A stretch of DNA of 64,000 nt from Histomonas meleagridis 2922-C6/04-290x (GCA_020184695.1 JAANOX010000258.1:310001-374000), one strand, 5' to 3'. Shown: positions 9,616-21,781, counted from the first letter of the stretch. Translations and numbers: made by a program. The notes: generated by a model from the letters alone, not told the origin.

Positions 9616-12008
9616 ATGCTTGATAAAATCTACCAGGGGCCGACAGTTACAAATATAGATTTTACAAAAGAAAATAAAAAAACTAAAAGCCAAAGCATTC
9701 TGCTAGAATCTCTTCTTTCACTTGAACATATAATATTTAATTTAAGTAAAGAAAATATTGAATTATCAGTACAACAAACATCGAAGTTAATTGATTCAAA
9801 ATTTTTATATTCATTTAATTTTGTTATAAGTAAATTAATTTATTTTGCTTTTGTGTCTCAAAATAAAGGAAGCACTATTTATATCAATTATTTAAAATCA
9901 CTTCAGGAGAAAGAAGAAGAAATTACCAAAAACAATTATAAGATATTTGAGTTTTTTATTAATTACATCTCCAAAATTGAATCACAAGAAACATATTTTC
10001 TAATTGCTGAAATGATTGAACAAAATTTAGTTCACGAAGATATAATAAAAAATAAGAAATCAAAATATTTCGCACATTATAAAACAGAAAAGGAAAACAA
10101 TGAACTAAATGGTGAACCCTTTGAAGATACTTTTATTGACAATTATAAAAAACTTTCAGAGAATGATTTTGAACTTCATAAAAAGTTGATTGAAGAAGGA
10201 CATAATCCTGATAAAATTGCGAAAATAATTCGAAATGATGAAATCGAAAAACTTCAAGAAATATCATCACAAAATAATTTTGATTTTAATCAATTTATTG
10301 AACCATCACTTTATGAAAGATTTTCATTTATTAATGTAAAAAATGTTTCTTTAATTGATTATGCAGCATTTTTTTCTTCAATTAAATGTTTTAAATATTT
10401 ACTTATGAATGGTGCAATATTAAATAACGCAGGTAAATATGCAATTGCAAGTGGAAACATTGAAATTATTCATTTATGTGAACAGAATCATTCATCATTT
10501 GAAGATGCATATGAAACAGCAATTGAATTTCATCGAAACGATATCTTTAAATATCTTTATGAGAATAAAATTGCTGAAATTAATAATTTAGAAGAATTTG
10601 GAGAAAAATGTATTTTGTATTGTAATTATGAAATTTTGTTATTTTTGATTGAAGAAGGAATGGAAATCAATGATGATATTATTAAAGAAGCTGCAGAAAT
10701 TGGAAATATATTTCTTATTAAATATTTTTTGCAAGAAAATCACGTTCCAAAAAATATTTTAGTTTTTTCAGCTAAATCAGAAAATTTTGAGTGCTTTAAA
10801 TACATTTTAAGAAAAGATATATCTGATATCAATGCTAAAGATATTTATTTGTTTTGTTTAATATTTGTTTTAATAACTTTTTATTTCAAAATAATATATG
10901 GAAATTATTTTGAACATTTAATACAGCACTTATGAAGGCATCTTCAAAAGGTCATATAGATATAGTTAAATTACTTCTTGAACAAGAAGGAATTGATATT
11001 AATGCTAAAAATATTTATTCATTTTATTTAAAATTTATTTTAATAATTTTATAATTCAAAATAATATTTGGAAATTATCTCAAACATTTAATACAGCATT
11101 TATTTTAGCATCTTCGAATGATCAAAAAGATATTGCTAAATTACTTCTTGAACAAGAATGTATTGATATTAATACTCAAAATAATTATTTATTTTATTCA
11201 AAATTTATTTAAATAATTCTTAATTTCAAAATAATATTTGGAAACTATTTAAAATATTTAAAACAGCATTTATAAAAGCATCTTCAAAAGGTCATACAGA
11301 AATAGTTAAATTACTTCTTGAACAAGAAGTAATTGATATTAATGCTAAAGATATTTATTTGTTCTATTGAAAATTTATTTTCACAATTTAATATTTCAAA
11401 ATAATATTTGGAAATTATCTCAAACATTTAATACAGCACTTATTTTAGCATCTTCGAATGATCAAAAAGATATTGCTAAATTACTTCTTGAACAAGAATG
11501 TATTGATATTAATACTCAAAATAATTATTTATTTTATTCAAAATTTATTTAAATAATTCTTAATTTCAAAATAATATTTGGAAACTATTTAAAATATTTA
11601 AAACAGCATTTATAAAAGCATCTTCAAAAGGTCATACAGAAATAGTTAAATTACTTCTTGAACAAGAAGGAATTGATATTAATGCTAAAGATATTTATTT
11701 GTTCTATTGAAAATTTATTTTCACAATTTAATATTTCAAAATAATATTTGGAAATTATATTAAATATTTAACACGGCACTTATTTTAGCATCTTCAAAAG
11801 GTCATATAGATATAGTTAAATTACTTCTTGAACAAGAAGGAATTGATATTAATGATAGTAACTTTACTTAATTTTGTAAAAAATTTATACTAATGATTTC
11901 GTATTTCAAAAATATATTAGGAAATTATTTAAATTATTTCAAACAGCGCTTATATCTGCTAAACAGAATTGTTATATAGAAATAGTAGAATTGATTAAAG
12001 GTTATTGA
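9616..12008 (+). CDS. DUF3447-ankyrin repeat gene, locus A. Continuous ORF to about 10842, then 7 ankyrin blocks separated by 80-nt spacers
   Basis: Motifs [16 protein letters not shown] and [18 protein letters not shown]. Downstream 90-nt TAL...GIDINAK(D/N) blocks are stop-free. The terminal block TALISAKQNCYIEIVELIKGY ends in TGA at 12006-12008. Confidence 0.75.
10843..11942 (+). repeat. 170-nt-period array (90-nt ankyrin block + 80-nt spacer) x7
   Basis: Spacers at 10843-10922, 11013-11092, 11183-11262, 11353-11432, 11523-11602, 11693-11772 and 11863-11942 are all 80 nt. Confidence 0.9.
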
Positions 12009-12104
12009 GCTTAATAATGAATTTCATTTCTATTGTTATTTGGTCATTAACCTATATTTCGCCCGTTTATTTTTATAAACGGTTTTGGCGGTGAATTCAC
12101 TGGA

Positions 12105-12494
12105 ATGACAGCATCATTGGGCTCTTTATTTGACGAATATCTCCAAAAGGCATCAGATATTGTTTTTGATTATTCGTCAGTTTTGAGCACTGTTACAGGA
12201 AATCAAATTTATATTATTCCAATTGAAAATAAAAAATTAGAAAAAAAAGTTACAACAGATAAAAGCCCTAAAAAGAAGGAATCCTTAAAGAAAGAAAAGA
12301 AACCGGTTTCTTTAACGCAAAAGGAAATTGATGATATAATAATAAAATCTGTTTCACGTACAAGTCTTGATATCCACTCTAACACATTTCTAAATAATCT
12401 TAAAAAAAAGTTTCCAGGAATTTCGAAAAAAGATGTGGAAAATAGGATAGATGAATTGAATAATGAAGGAAAACTCAAGAAAAAAGATGAATAA
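12105..12494 (+). CDS. Hypothetical Lys-rich protein
   Basis: 129-aa ATG-initiated ORF with an M3-like AACGGTT about 27 nt upstream. Confidence 0.55.
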   Translation: MTASLGSLFDEYLQKASDIVFDYSSVLSTVTGNQIYIIPIENKKLEKKVTTDKSPKKKESLKKEKKPVSLTQKEIDDIIIKSVSRTSLDIHSNTFLNNLKKKFPGISKKDVENRIDELNNEGKLKKKDE

Positions 12495-12576
12495 ACAACT
12501 ATATTTTAAGATACCAAAGCATAAAAATTAAATTCTTTAATTTATTATAAGCTAAAATTCTAATTTTAAATTGATT

Positions 12577-12924
12577 TTAAAATTCTGTCGAATCAAACAC
12601 CGAACCACAGTTCATGTTTGGATTCAGTAAGAGAAGAAATTCTCTTTTTGTTTCTAAAATCAATTTCTTTCTTTCTTGGAGCCAATCTTTGAAATCATTT
12701 TGAAACCTTTCTCTTTCCTTTAGTACTTCTGCTGTTGATTTAGTGATTAGGATTATTTCATTTAATAATTTCAATTCTTTTCGTGATAATTGATCTGTTG
12801 ATTTTCCAAGTGTTTGGGTTATTAAATCTTTTTCGTGTTCAATTGATTGTTGATTGTTTTTTGGTAATGCTGTGCTAACTGGTTGATTATGATTTGTATC
12901 TCCTCTCTTTCCTTTGTTGAACAT
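12577..12924 (-). CDS. Hypothetical helical protein
   Basis: 115-aa ATG ORF with plausible composition, convergent with the previous gene. Confidence 0.5.
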   Translation of the reverse strand: MFNKGKRGDTNHNQPVSTALPKNNQQSIEHEKDLITQTLGKSTDQLSRKELKLLNEIILITKSTAEVLKERERFQNDFKDWLQERKKLILETKREFLLLLNPNMNCGSVFDSTEF

Positions 12925-13413
12925 GAATGAGTTCTAATATTTATACCATTGAATATTTTCTGATAATAATTCAATTTTTTAAAGGATTATAACGACTTTT
13001 TGATAATATTTTACCCGGATTTTTCAATTGAAAAGCGTTAGCGAACGTTTCAATATGTTTACGGACTTTTTCCGACAAAATTTTCGGACAACAATTATAT
13101 TTTGAAAGTTTTGCTCAATCATTCATCCATTAAATTAATAAATTTATAATCATTAAGTTATATAGAAGATTGATTCTAAATCGTTCATGTGATTGAAATG
13201 ATATCTCTCATTGATATTTTCTCCTTTTAATTCTAAAAATATAATTTACTTATAAAGAATCTAATAATACTATAGTATATTTTTATTAAATTACTCCCAC
13301 AACGAGACACCTGTGTTTAAATTTTTGATCATCACCAACTTTTTGATTGCTTTATTCCAATTCTTTTTATCCTTCATTGAAAAATTGAGTCAAAAGAAAC
13401 GTTTCTTCGGCGC

Positions 13414-15003
13414 ATGAATAAATCAGAACAAGCAGTTGCCCAAACACTATGCAAGTTGCACAATGATTACAAAAATAAAGCATTGAGAGTTTCCAGACGC
13501 TTTAATAGCACGTGTAAAATAAATGGGTTTCTTGATTTTCTTTTATCAAGTCAATGTGACCAACAACTACATTTAATGTTTTCTGTAAAAGACTCTCATA
13601 CATCCGTATCCAAAATTCAGTTTTCAGATTTTTATAAAAAGTATTCTCTTGAATATTTTAATATTTCTTATGCAACCAAAAATTTGTTTAACATACCACA
13701 CTCGACCCTCGTTATTTATTTTATAAATTCAACTTTCCCATCTATTTTTGGAAATTTCGTTTTTCAGGAATTTTTGGAATATGCATACAATTTCATAAAA
13801 ACTTTCATAGATAACAATAATGACATAGCATCTGGGTTGGTTGGGAGTTACCTTAGGTCATCATATTATTTTCGAGATCATTTAACTCAATGTTTCTTGA
13901 ACGACATTTCAGCTCTTTCTCAACCATTAACACTTGACAATCTTTCCAAAATATTTATTACGCATTTTGAAAAGAATGCACGTATTTTATCTGATTGTCA
14001 TCTTAAAATTATACATTACATCCAAAATAAACAACTTTCAGAACTTTTATCAGAATCAATTTTTGATTATTTCTTGAAACCTATTATAGATCTTATGTCA
14101 TATGATCCACTAATTGATGAATCACTTACATTAAAACTTCTTAAAATGAAAACGCCATTTTTCAAAAAATCTTTTTCTCTTTCATCAGTTTTTTCTAAAC
14201 TTTATTTACATATTAAGAATAACTTCTCTGATAAAATCTATGATATATTAAAAAACGAGGACGGAATGACATATCCTTCTTTCAGCAGGGTATATTTTGG
14301 TATATGTAAATTCCAATTATCGTTGACCACAGTCGACATTGAGATTTTTAAAATTTTGGTAAATAGAAACAAAAAATGTATACCTAAAATACAATTCGAT
14401 TTTTATGAACAAGCTTTTATCATAGGGAAATATGATTTGACATCTATTAAATTTGAATATAAAGACATACCTGAATATAAAGATTATGAAATAGAACAAA
14501 GGTTTAATTTAAAAATTAGTTTTATTAAGGAATCATACGCTGAGTTAAAGAAATTGTCTTGTTATACAAATGCTGCAAAAAATGTTTTAGCTTCATCTTT
14601 AAGAAAATATAGTCGATTATATCTCAAGTCATTTGATAAACACGAAATTAGTTACTTCCAATTAACAAATTACTTTAAACAATTGTCCAAATATCCAAAT
14701 GATCAAAATGCTCAGGAAGAATATAATAAAATTCTCCAAAATTTCAGTAACGTGGACCCTTGTAATTTCGATGAGACAAAAAATGTGTTGTGCGATTGTG
14801 TTAAGAAAAATAATCCTAACTTAATTATTGATAATTATATGCCAAAATTGTTTTGCTTTACCTTGAAATATTTGTGTGATACGAAACTGGAAGAAAAATA
14901 TCCTTTGATAATATTCGTTAAGTCATATATATCTTCGTTTAATTTCCAATTTTTAATGCTTGTGTTGATATTTGTGTTATATTCAATAATACAATATATG
15001 TAA
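13414..15003 (+). CDS. Hypothetical protein (529 aa)
   Basis: Long ORF in AT-rich DNA. No motif recognised. Confidence 0.7.
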   Translation: MNKSEQAVAQTLCKLHNDYKNKALRVSRRFNSTCKINGFLDFLLSSQCDQQLHLMFSVKDSHTSVSKIQFSDFYKKYSLEYFNISYATKNLFNIPHSTLVIYFINSTFPSIFGNFVFQEFLEYAYNFIKTFIDNNNDIASGLVGSYLRSSYYFRDHLTQCFLNDISALSQPLTLDNLSKIFITHFEKNARILSDCHLKIIHYIQNKQLSELLSESIFDYFLKPIIDLMSYDPLIDESLTLKLLKMKTPFFKKSFSLSSVFSKLYLHIKNNFSDKIYDILKNEDGMTYPSFSRVYFGICKFQLSLTTVDIEIFKILVNRNKKCIPKIQFDFYEQAFIIGKYDLTSIKFEYKDIPEYKDYEIEQRFNLKISFIKESYAELKKLSCYTNAAKNVLASSLRKYSRLYLKSFDKHEISYFQLTNYFKQLSKYPNDQNAQEEYNKILQNFSNVDPCNFDETKNVLCDCVKKNNPNLIIDNYMPKLFCFTLKYLCDTKLEEKYPLIIFVKSYISSFNFQFLMLVLIFVLYSIIQYM

Positions 15004-15495
15004 TTAGTTTTGGAATAATATAATGTTTGAAACGTTTCGTTTTTTGATAAAATGATAACTAATAAATAAATATCTTGCAGAAAGTGAATGTTTATATATT
15101 GATTAAATTTGGTGCGTTAATATTTCTTGAAATTAACTTTATCATTTGATTTATGGAATATTTTGCTAATGATGTTTGTTCTTAAATATATTAATGTTTA
15201 GTTTAGAGCATTATAATGCTTACTTTAATTGTATATTGGAAATATATTAATTTTCAAATACAAAAAAGTTATTCCTCATAAAAATTTTCAATAGATTTAA
15301 TACAGTAAAAACTCGTCTTTTATTTGCATTACTTAGGGAATGTGTAAAATAAAAGAATAGTACTTAAAGTGCAGATTATTTAGGCAATATTTAAATTGCT
15401 CTTAAGCTTTTATCAACCTGATTTTTCTATGTTAAAACTTTTAATAAACTAACATTTGTTGCAATATATATTATATAAAATAAAAAGTGGTTTCC

Positions 15496-15498
<3 letters not shown>

Positions 15499-15529
<31 letters not shown>
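15499..15529. repeat. (AT)n microsatellite
   Basis: About 15 uninterrupted AT units. Confidence 0.9.
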
Positions 15530-15535
<6 letters not shown>

Positions 15536-16385
15536 ATCACAGTTATATTGTGATTTTGAAATAATTAGAAAAAAGTATTTACCTTTAATAAAAAACGATT
15601 TTTTTGTTTCAAAATTCGTGTTTTTAACATATCATCTAATTGTAATTTAATGATTTACACATACACTTTTTCTCTTTCGTCAGCTCTTTGAAGCTTAAGG
15701 CGGTATTTTAACAAAATAATTTTTTTTAAATAATCATTGATAAACGATTTTATGAAAAATATATAAATATCTTTAGGATTCATGTAGTTTTGTTCATTTC
15801 ATTGAAAAAATGGGAAATGAGGGAACCACTTTGTTAATTTGACCAAATAACACATTCAATATAAAATAAATAAAAATAAAAGTTTCTCATTGTCTATTTA
15901 ATATATTTAAATGAAATGTTTCTAATAATATGATAGATTATAAGGGAAACATTTAATTATAATTGATTGTTGAAACACGATACATTTCATAAGTTCTCAA
16001 CGATAGGATCGAATGAATGAAAAATCATCGGATTTATATTCAAAAACTGAAGTGTTTGGGAAAATCTAAGAACACATATAAACGATCGCCATTATGGCGG
16101 TTAAAAAACAAACCGACGTTTTTTCGTTCTAGGTTTTACGAAACACTGGAAAAACATGTGAATGCACTCAAAAAAAGCTGATTTCGAATAACGGAGCTCG
16201 AACATAACCAAATATTGTTTGATATTTTCATAGGCACATTCTTTCTTCTTCTATTGTAATAACTTTAAAAAAATGAATGAATTGTAAGATTGGAATAATT
16301 TCGCCATAAAACGAAAAAAGAGAACATTTTTTTAGAGATAATTTTGCATAGGAAACCGCATTTTATTACTGTTAAATGCAATTGC

Positions 16386-17315
16386 TCATCTCTTTCTTGA
16401 GCTTATCCATTTACATTGTTCGATTGTGCTCTCAGTGCATCCTCTTGTGAACACGCCGCTTTGGTGCACGAGCAAACGAACTTTATCGAAGTCTACGCCC
16501 TCCAAATCACTTTCGGTGACGTATTGCAAACAATCCTTTGAACCGAGTTCAACAAATCCGTGAGATGGGAAGTTGCCTTGTTGATGAAACAGTGACCCAT
16601 CGATAGTTTTGATGCCTAAAAGGCGAGCAAATACGTTTTTGTCGACTTTTAGAACCTTATCATTAACCCATTCGATTCCAATGAAATCAATATAAAATGG
16701 ATCGTCATCAATGATCTTAAGGGCATTGTAAAGCTTGTGGTAAAAGCGACTATTGGCATTGTTCTTCCTTTGGAAGAAATCAGTAACAAGTTCTCCAAAT
16801 GTAAAATCTTTATCGGGCCAATAGGAGCGTGGAATAAAACCAAGAGCATGAGGGTTGAACTTGACTTCGGGATCAGAGCAAATGGCTTTGAACTCTTGAT
16901 CAGCTGTGGACATGATGCTCTGTATTTGGGGAACTGGTAATGATTTCTGTCGAATGTTTTGACTAGCTTTAATGATTTTGGCTATTTGTACTTGCGTGAA
17001 CAAGTTCATGATGTTCACTTGTGGCGTAGGAGTAGGTTGAGAAGGTGTTCTTCGATGATGAAATTGTGGTGTAGATTGTTGTTCTGTTTGTGGTGGTGGT
17101 TGTAATGTTGGTAGTGGTTCTTCATTAGTTGGGAATTGGGGGAAATCATCGATATCGTTCGTATTTTGATCCAAATCATTTTCAAAATTAAACGGAGAAT
17201 TTAAATCGGTATTAAAAGCAAAATTGTCATTCGAATTAAATGTATTTTCCATCCCAAACGGTGAGGAATTATCCCAACCAAACCCGAGATCATCATTATC
17301 AAAGTTGAAAGACAT
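16386..17315 (-). CDS. Initiator-binding-domain (IBD, IBP39-like) DNA-binding protein
   Basis: RKNNANSRFYHKLYNAL...IGIEWVNDKVLKVDKNVFARLLGIK resembles the winged-helix IBD. The N-terminus is acidic and Pro/Gln-rich. Confidence 0.7.
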   Translation of the reverse strand: MSFNFDNDDLGFGWDNSSPFGMENTFNSNDNFAFNTDLNSPFNFENDLDQNTNDIDDFPQFPTNEEPLPTLQPPPQTEQQSTPQFHHRRTPSQPTPTPQVNIMNLFTQVQIAKIIKASQNIRQKSLPVPQIQSIMSTADQEFKAICSDPEVKFNPHALGFIPRSYWPDKDFTFGELVTDFFQRKNNANSRFYHKLYNALKIIDDDPFYIDFIGIEWVNDKVLKVDKNVFARLLGIKTIDGSLFHQQGNFPSHGFVELGSKDCLQYVTESDLEGVDFDKVRLLVHQSGVFTRGCTESTIEQCKWISSRKR

Positions 17316-17504
17316 TCTGATTTTTGTTCAATGAAACCGTTAAGGAGACGGTTGTTTGGAAAATTTGATTCGTTTTTACTTTTAATTATCATTCCGTTAA
17401 TAAACGAACGTTTATTCATAAAAAATTGTTTTCTTTCACAATAACATGAAAATGAATTTCTTCACTTGGAAATAGATCGAAAAATAAAGTATATTGTTAA
17501 AAGT

Positions 17505-17921
17505 TTATGCCATTTCGTTTGCAAGGTTCATTGCTTCAACTTCTTCTGGAAGTCGAACATAGGCCTTCTTAAGGAACTTAGGGGTGATAAGTGTTTTAAC
17601 ACTGACTGGCTTGACATGATAAAGGCGGTTGATGGCTGCTGCAATTTCTGGTTTCTTGGCACGGATATCAACATAGAAGGTCATTGTGTTTTCATCTTCA
17701 AGCTTGCGTGATGCTTTATCAGATGTAACTGGGCCCTTGATGATCTTGTAGTCGTTGCGCTTCAAGGATACTGGTTGAACAGCCTTATGTTCATATTGTG
17801 GCTTCTTTGCTGGGATTGTGGCCTTTGGCTTTTGGAACTTCTTGAAATTCCTTGTCTTCTTGATTTGCTTTTTTTGGCCTTGTTCGGCTGCTTTTGCTGC
17901 GGCTTCTGCTTTGCCTGACAT
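17505..17921 (-). CDS. RPL23A: 60S ribosomal protein L23a/L25 (uL23)
   Basis: IIKGPVTSDKASRKLEDENTMTFYVD...KKAYVRL is the uL23 signature. An M3 motif (AACGGTTT) and ACCTTA lie upstream. Confidence 0.93.
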   Translation of the reverse strand: MSGKAEAAAKAAEQGQKKQIKKTRNFKKFQKPKATIPAKKPQYEHKAVQPVSLKRNDYKIIKGPVTSDKASRKLEDENTMTFYVDIRAKKPEIAAAINRLYHVKPVSVKTLITPKFLKKAYVRLPEEVEAMNLANEMA

Positions 17922-18638
17922 AGTAAGGTCGGACCAAAACCGTTTTTTGATGAATTAACGTTCTCTTGATTTCAAAAGTTTATTTCTTTTTCCCAAAGTC
18001 TTTTTATAATCATTAAAAACAATCTACTTTGGGCTATTTTTGAAAAGTTAATGAAATCTTTGAAGGATAATTCTACAAATATTAAAAAATTATAATTTAT
18101 TTCATCAATGCTCATGCCCATGATATTTGATAATCATATTACCATTAATTTCATAGTCCATCTGTCATAGTTTGATTAATTATTACCGTTTTTATATTGG
18201 CTGAATTCTACAATATTTAATGTATTTTTATATCTTTCTTATGATTATTGTTAGTAAGAACAAATTCATGTATTTTCTTAATGAGGATGAATATTGAAAT
18301 CAGATCATCAGTATAACAACAAAAAAATTTTTATTGTTTTGTGCAAAAATGGATATGCCATTAACCGAACTTTTTTGAAAAAGTTTGGATGCATTCAATT
18401 TTCTTCATTGTTGGAAACACTTTTGATAAGTTTACTTCATGATTCCAAAATCATTTTTTCTGTATGGAGCACATGATTTTTAAACACTGCATACAATTTG
18501 TTTTATCCAGCACACTCCTGCAAGCGATAAATTAATGCCTGATTTTAATTTACGAATTTTATCAGATTTTTTGTTTCGTAATCAATCGGAATTTGAATCT
18601 CAGAATTTTTTACAAATAAACAAAACAACTTTCACATC

Positions 18639-20956
18639 ATGAATATATTAATTTGGATTATTTGCTTTTTATTTTATTTTATTCTTTTTATTGGATTAAA
18701 TTTTGCGTTCCCTAACAAATCTCTTAATAAAACACCAAAAAATCCCATTTGTTTCAAGATTATTCCTTATTTTCTTATATTTTCATTCCAAGCTTTATTC
18801 AGATACAGGAATACTTGTAGTCACTGATAAAACTGATTTTCCTTCATCAGACATTAGAGACTTAGTTCTTCATGCTATAATCGAAGAAGGAGTACCCAAC
18901 ATTACATCATATGCGTTTCAACAATGCTCATCCTTAATTACAGTAAAAATACCTAATACAGTCGAAGCAATTGAACGCTATGCATTTTATGAATGTTCTA
19001 AACTAGCAAATATTACAATTCCAGATTCAGTCACATATATTGGAACAGATGCATTCCTCTCATGCATATCATTATTATTAGTTAATTTCGGTAATGGTCT
19101 TATAACAATTGGGGATGGGTCTTTTTCAGGATGTTCTTCATTAAAAAGTATTTGTATTCCTGATTCAGTAACAACGATAACTAAATAATCATTTACTTCA
19201 TGTACAAGTTTAGAGTCTGTTATTTTTGGAAATAATGTTAAAACAATTGGTAATGGAGCATTTAAAAATTGTATTTTATTAGAAAATATTATGATACCGA
19301 AATCAGTTACTTCAATTGGATATAATCCTATTTCTTCTTGTCCGAAACTTAAATTTATTGAAGTATCTTCAGAAAACTTAAATTATTCGAATTATAATTC
19401 TGATGGAATACTTTATAATAAAAATTTCACATCTATCATATGTTTCCCTGCTGGAATGACAACAGAATATAATTTTTTAAGTACAATAACTTATGTTGGT
19501 AATTATTCTTTTACTTCATGCGTCCTTCCAATAATAAATATTGGAGAAAATGTTAAAACAATTGGTGCTTATGCATTTGAAAATTCTTTATGTGAAACAA
19601 TTAATATTCCAAATTCAGTTACTTTGATTTTAGAAAATGCATTTTCCGGATGTTCTTTTAAATCTATTGATATTCCAAATTCAGTTATTAGTATCGAAAT
19701 TTATGCATTTGCATTTTGTAATTCGTTAGAAAATTTCATATTTACTGACTCTGTAACAGTTACTGGTCTTTTAATATTCCAATCATGTTTATCATTAGTA
19801 AGTGTTAAATTATCAAATTCAATGAAAAATATTCAATCAATGACATTTTCACAATGCGACAGCTTAGAAACAGTTTATATTGGTTTTAATGTTATAACGA
19901 TATCTCAATTTGCATTTTTTAATTGTGCAAAACTTAAATGTATATATTTTTATGGAGAAAATGAACCAGAATTTGGAATAAGTGCTTTTTCAGGTGTTCC
20001 AACAATTACTGTTATGACATTAGATTCATATAACAGCGATAAATTTGGATCTTATGATGTAATAAAAGGAACAACTATTGAAGGATGTGAACCTTGGCCA
20101 ACTTCTACTTTTACATCATCTATCACATTTTCACAATCAAATACATTTACACAATCGAATACGCTTACAAGTTCATTTCCATATGGTGCTGAGTTAGTAG
20201 GAACTATAAGTATTACATACACAAGTTATAACTCACAATCAATCAGCATATTATCATTAACATCGTACTCTTTCACGATATCTATGATTGATTCTTCATA
20301 TACGTATATTGACACCTATATTGTCGCACATATATATCTTTTTACTAATATCATTAATTATATTTCATATTATAGTTATTACTTTTTCTTTACATTTCCA
20401 GAGAAAACGAAAACTAATACATATTCAATAATAAGTTCAAATACTTTTACTGACACATTTCATTATGAAAAAGAAATTACAATTTCATTAACGTTAACTA
20501 ATGCATTTACTTATCAATATTCTTTTACAAAAACATTATTTACAATAAATACTGTTTCATTTTCTTTAATTAATATGATACAAACTTATATTAATACTGT
20601 GTTAGTTGTTTATGATTATACAATTTATAAGATATTTAACTTATTTATCATATTATTCCAATTTGTTTTTATATATGGAACAAAATGAAAATGAATTTAA
20701 TGAAAACCCAAAAACAAATTTAATTATTGGAATTTGCGTTGGAATTATTGGTGTTTTAGTTATTTCATTGTTAATTATTTAGGTAATTAGAATCAGAAAT
20801 AAGAAAGAAAGTTCTGCTGATTACGAAGTGGATAATGCGTATAATGTTGATGCTGATGGAACTACCGATAACTTTGCAATAGGAATGTCAGTGACACATG
20901 CTGAAGAGGATCCGTTCGCTGTCGATTTTAAGGAAGACAACAAAATTGGAATATGA
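18639..20956 (+). pseudogene. BspA-like (TpLRR/LRR_5) surface protein with multiple lesions
   Basis: IPxSVTxIGxxAF repeats, an S/T/Y-rich stalk, a TM segment and an EEDPFAVDFKED tail. Lesions: frameshift near 18800, in-frame TAA at 19186-19188, frameshift before about 20680, in-frame TAG at 20780-20782. Confidence 0.8.
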
Positions 20957-21781
20957 TGCACAAACTATTTTGTTTTATAAAAATTGTTTCCATGTTTTTG
21001 CTTTTGATTTGTTTGAACTTTCAATATTTTATATTGTTTCATTATTGTATAAAATTTTTCTATTCTCAAACGATCTTATATATATGAATAAGATTGAATA
21101 CATTGTTATTCTTCAAAAAATGTAAAGATATTATCTTTAAATATTTATATATTGGCTTTTCTATTTACACCAAGATTGGTTGGAAAAAAAAAATGAATAT
21201 GTTCGCTTTGCATTCTTAGATATATTGTATATACATTTGATCTCTTTTTCGTGATTGATGTAAATAAATTTGCTTTAAAGCTTTGTTTTTGGAATTCCTT
21301 TGAATGATTCGATTATGATAGGCAAAATCTTTATTTTAATAACATGAGTATAGTCCTAAATAAATATCTTTATGATCGTAATATAGATCGTACAAAATGC
21401 AACAATTTATGAAAATTGATAACAGACATTATTTTAATGAGTTAGTTAATGTTTCACTCGTTATTTAAATTATATAAAGATAATAATATTAATGTTAAAA
21501 ATTTTTATAGAATTTTAATGATATATATTCGAACATATGTAAATTATTTCCAACATTTTGAATAGTTTTTACGATTAAATAAAATATAAGATACATTTGG
21601 AGCTAAAATTTTGGAAATTAATAAAAGATGTAAGAACTTGCACTGCGAATGCAAATTTAATAATTTCTAAACTTTATATCATAAAATCTTGATTCAATTT
21701 TTTCAATGAATAATTATCGTTAAAATGTGTGGCGTAATTTGCAAATTTTGTTTTTTGCATGGCATAGATTTAAAATTCTAA

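Noticed and set aside
10841-10926. Explaining the spacers as GT-AG introns using the AG in ACA-GCA, or as AT-AC (U12) introns
   Set aside because: The AG is absent in blocks starting ACT GCA, ACG GCA, ACG CCA or ATG GCA. Most spacers have no 5' GT. The AT...AC excision (84 nt) does not restore the frame, and there is no ATATCCTT motif.
10843-11942. Ankyrin array read as a CRISPR array (palindromic repeat plus variable spacer)
   Set aside because: The variable parts are homologous ankyrin-coding blocks, not unrelated spacers. The context is eukaryotic and no cas-like ORFs are present.
16086-16098. Perfect inverted repeat CGCCAT-T-ATGGCG in an intergenic region
   Set aside because: Single 6-bp stem with no supporting context; can arise by chance.
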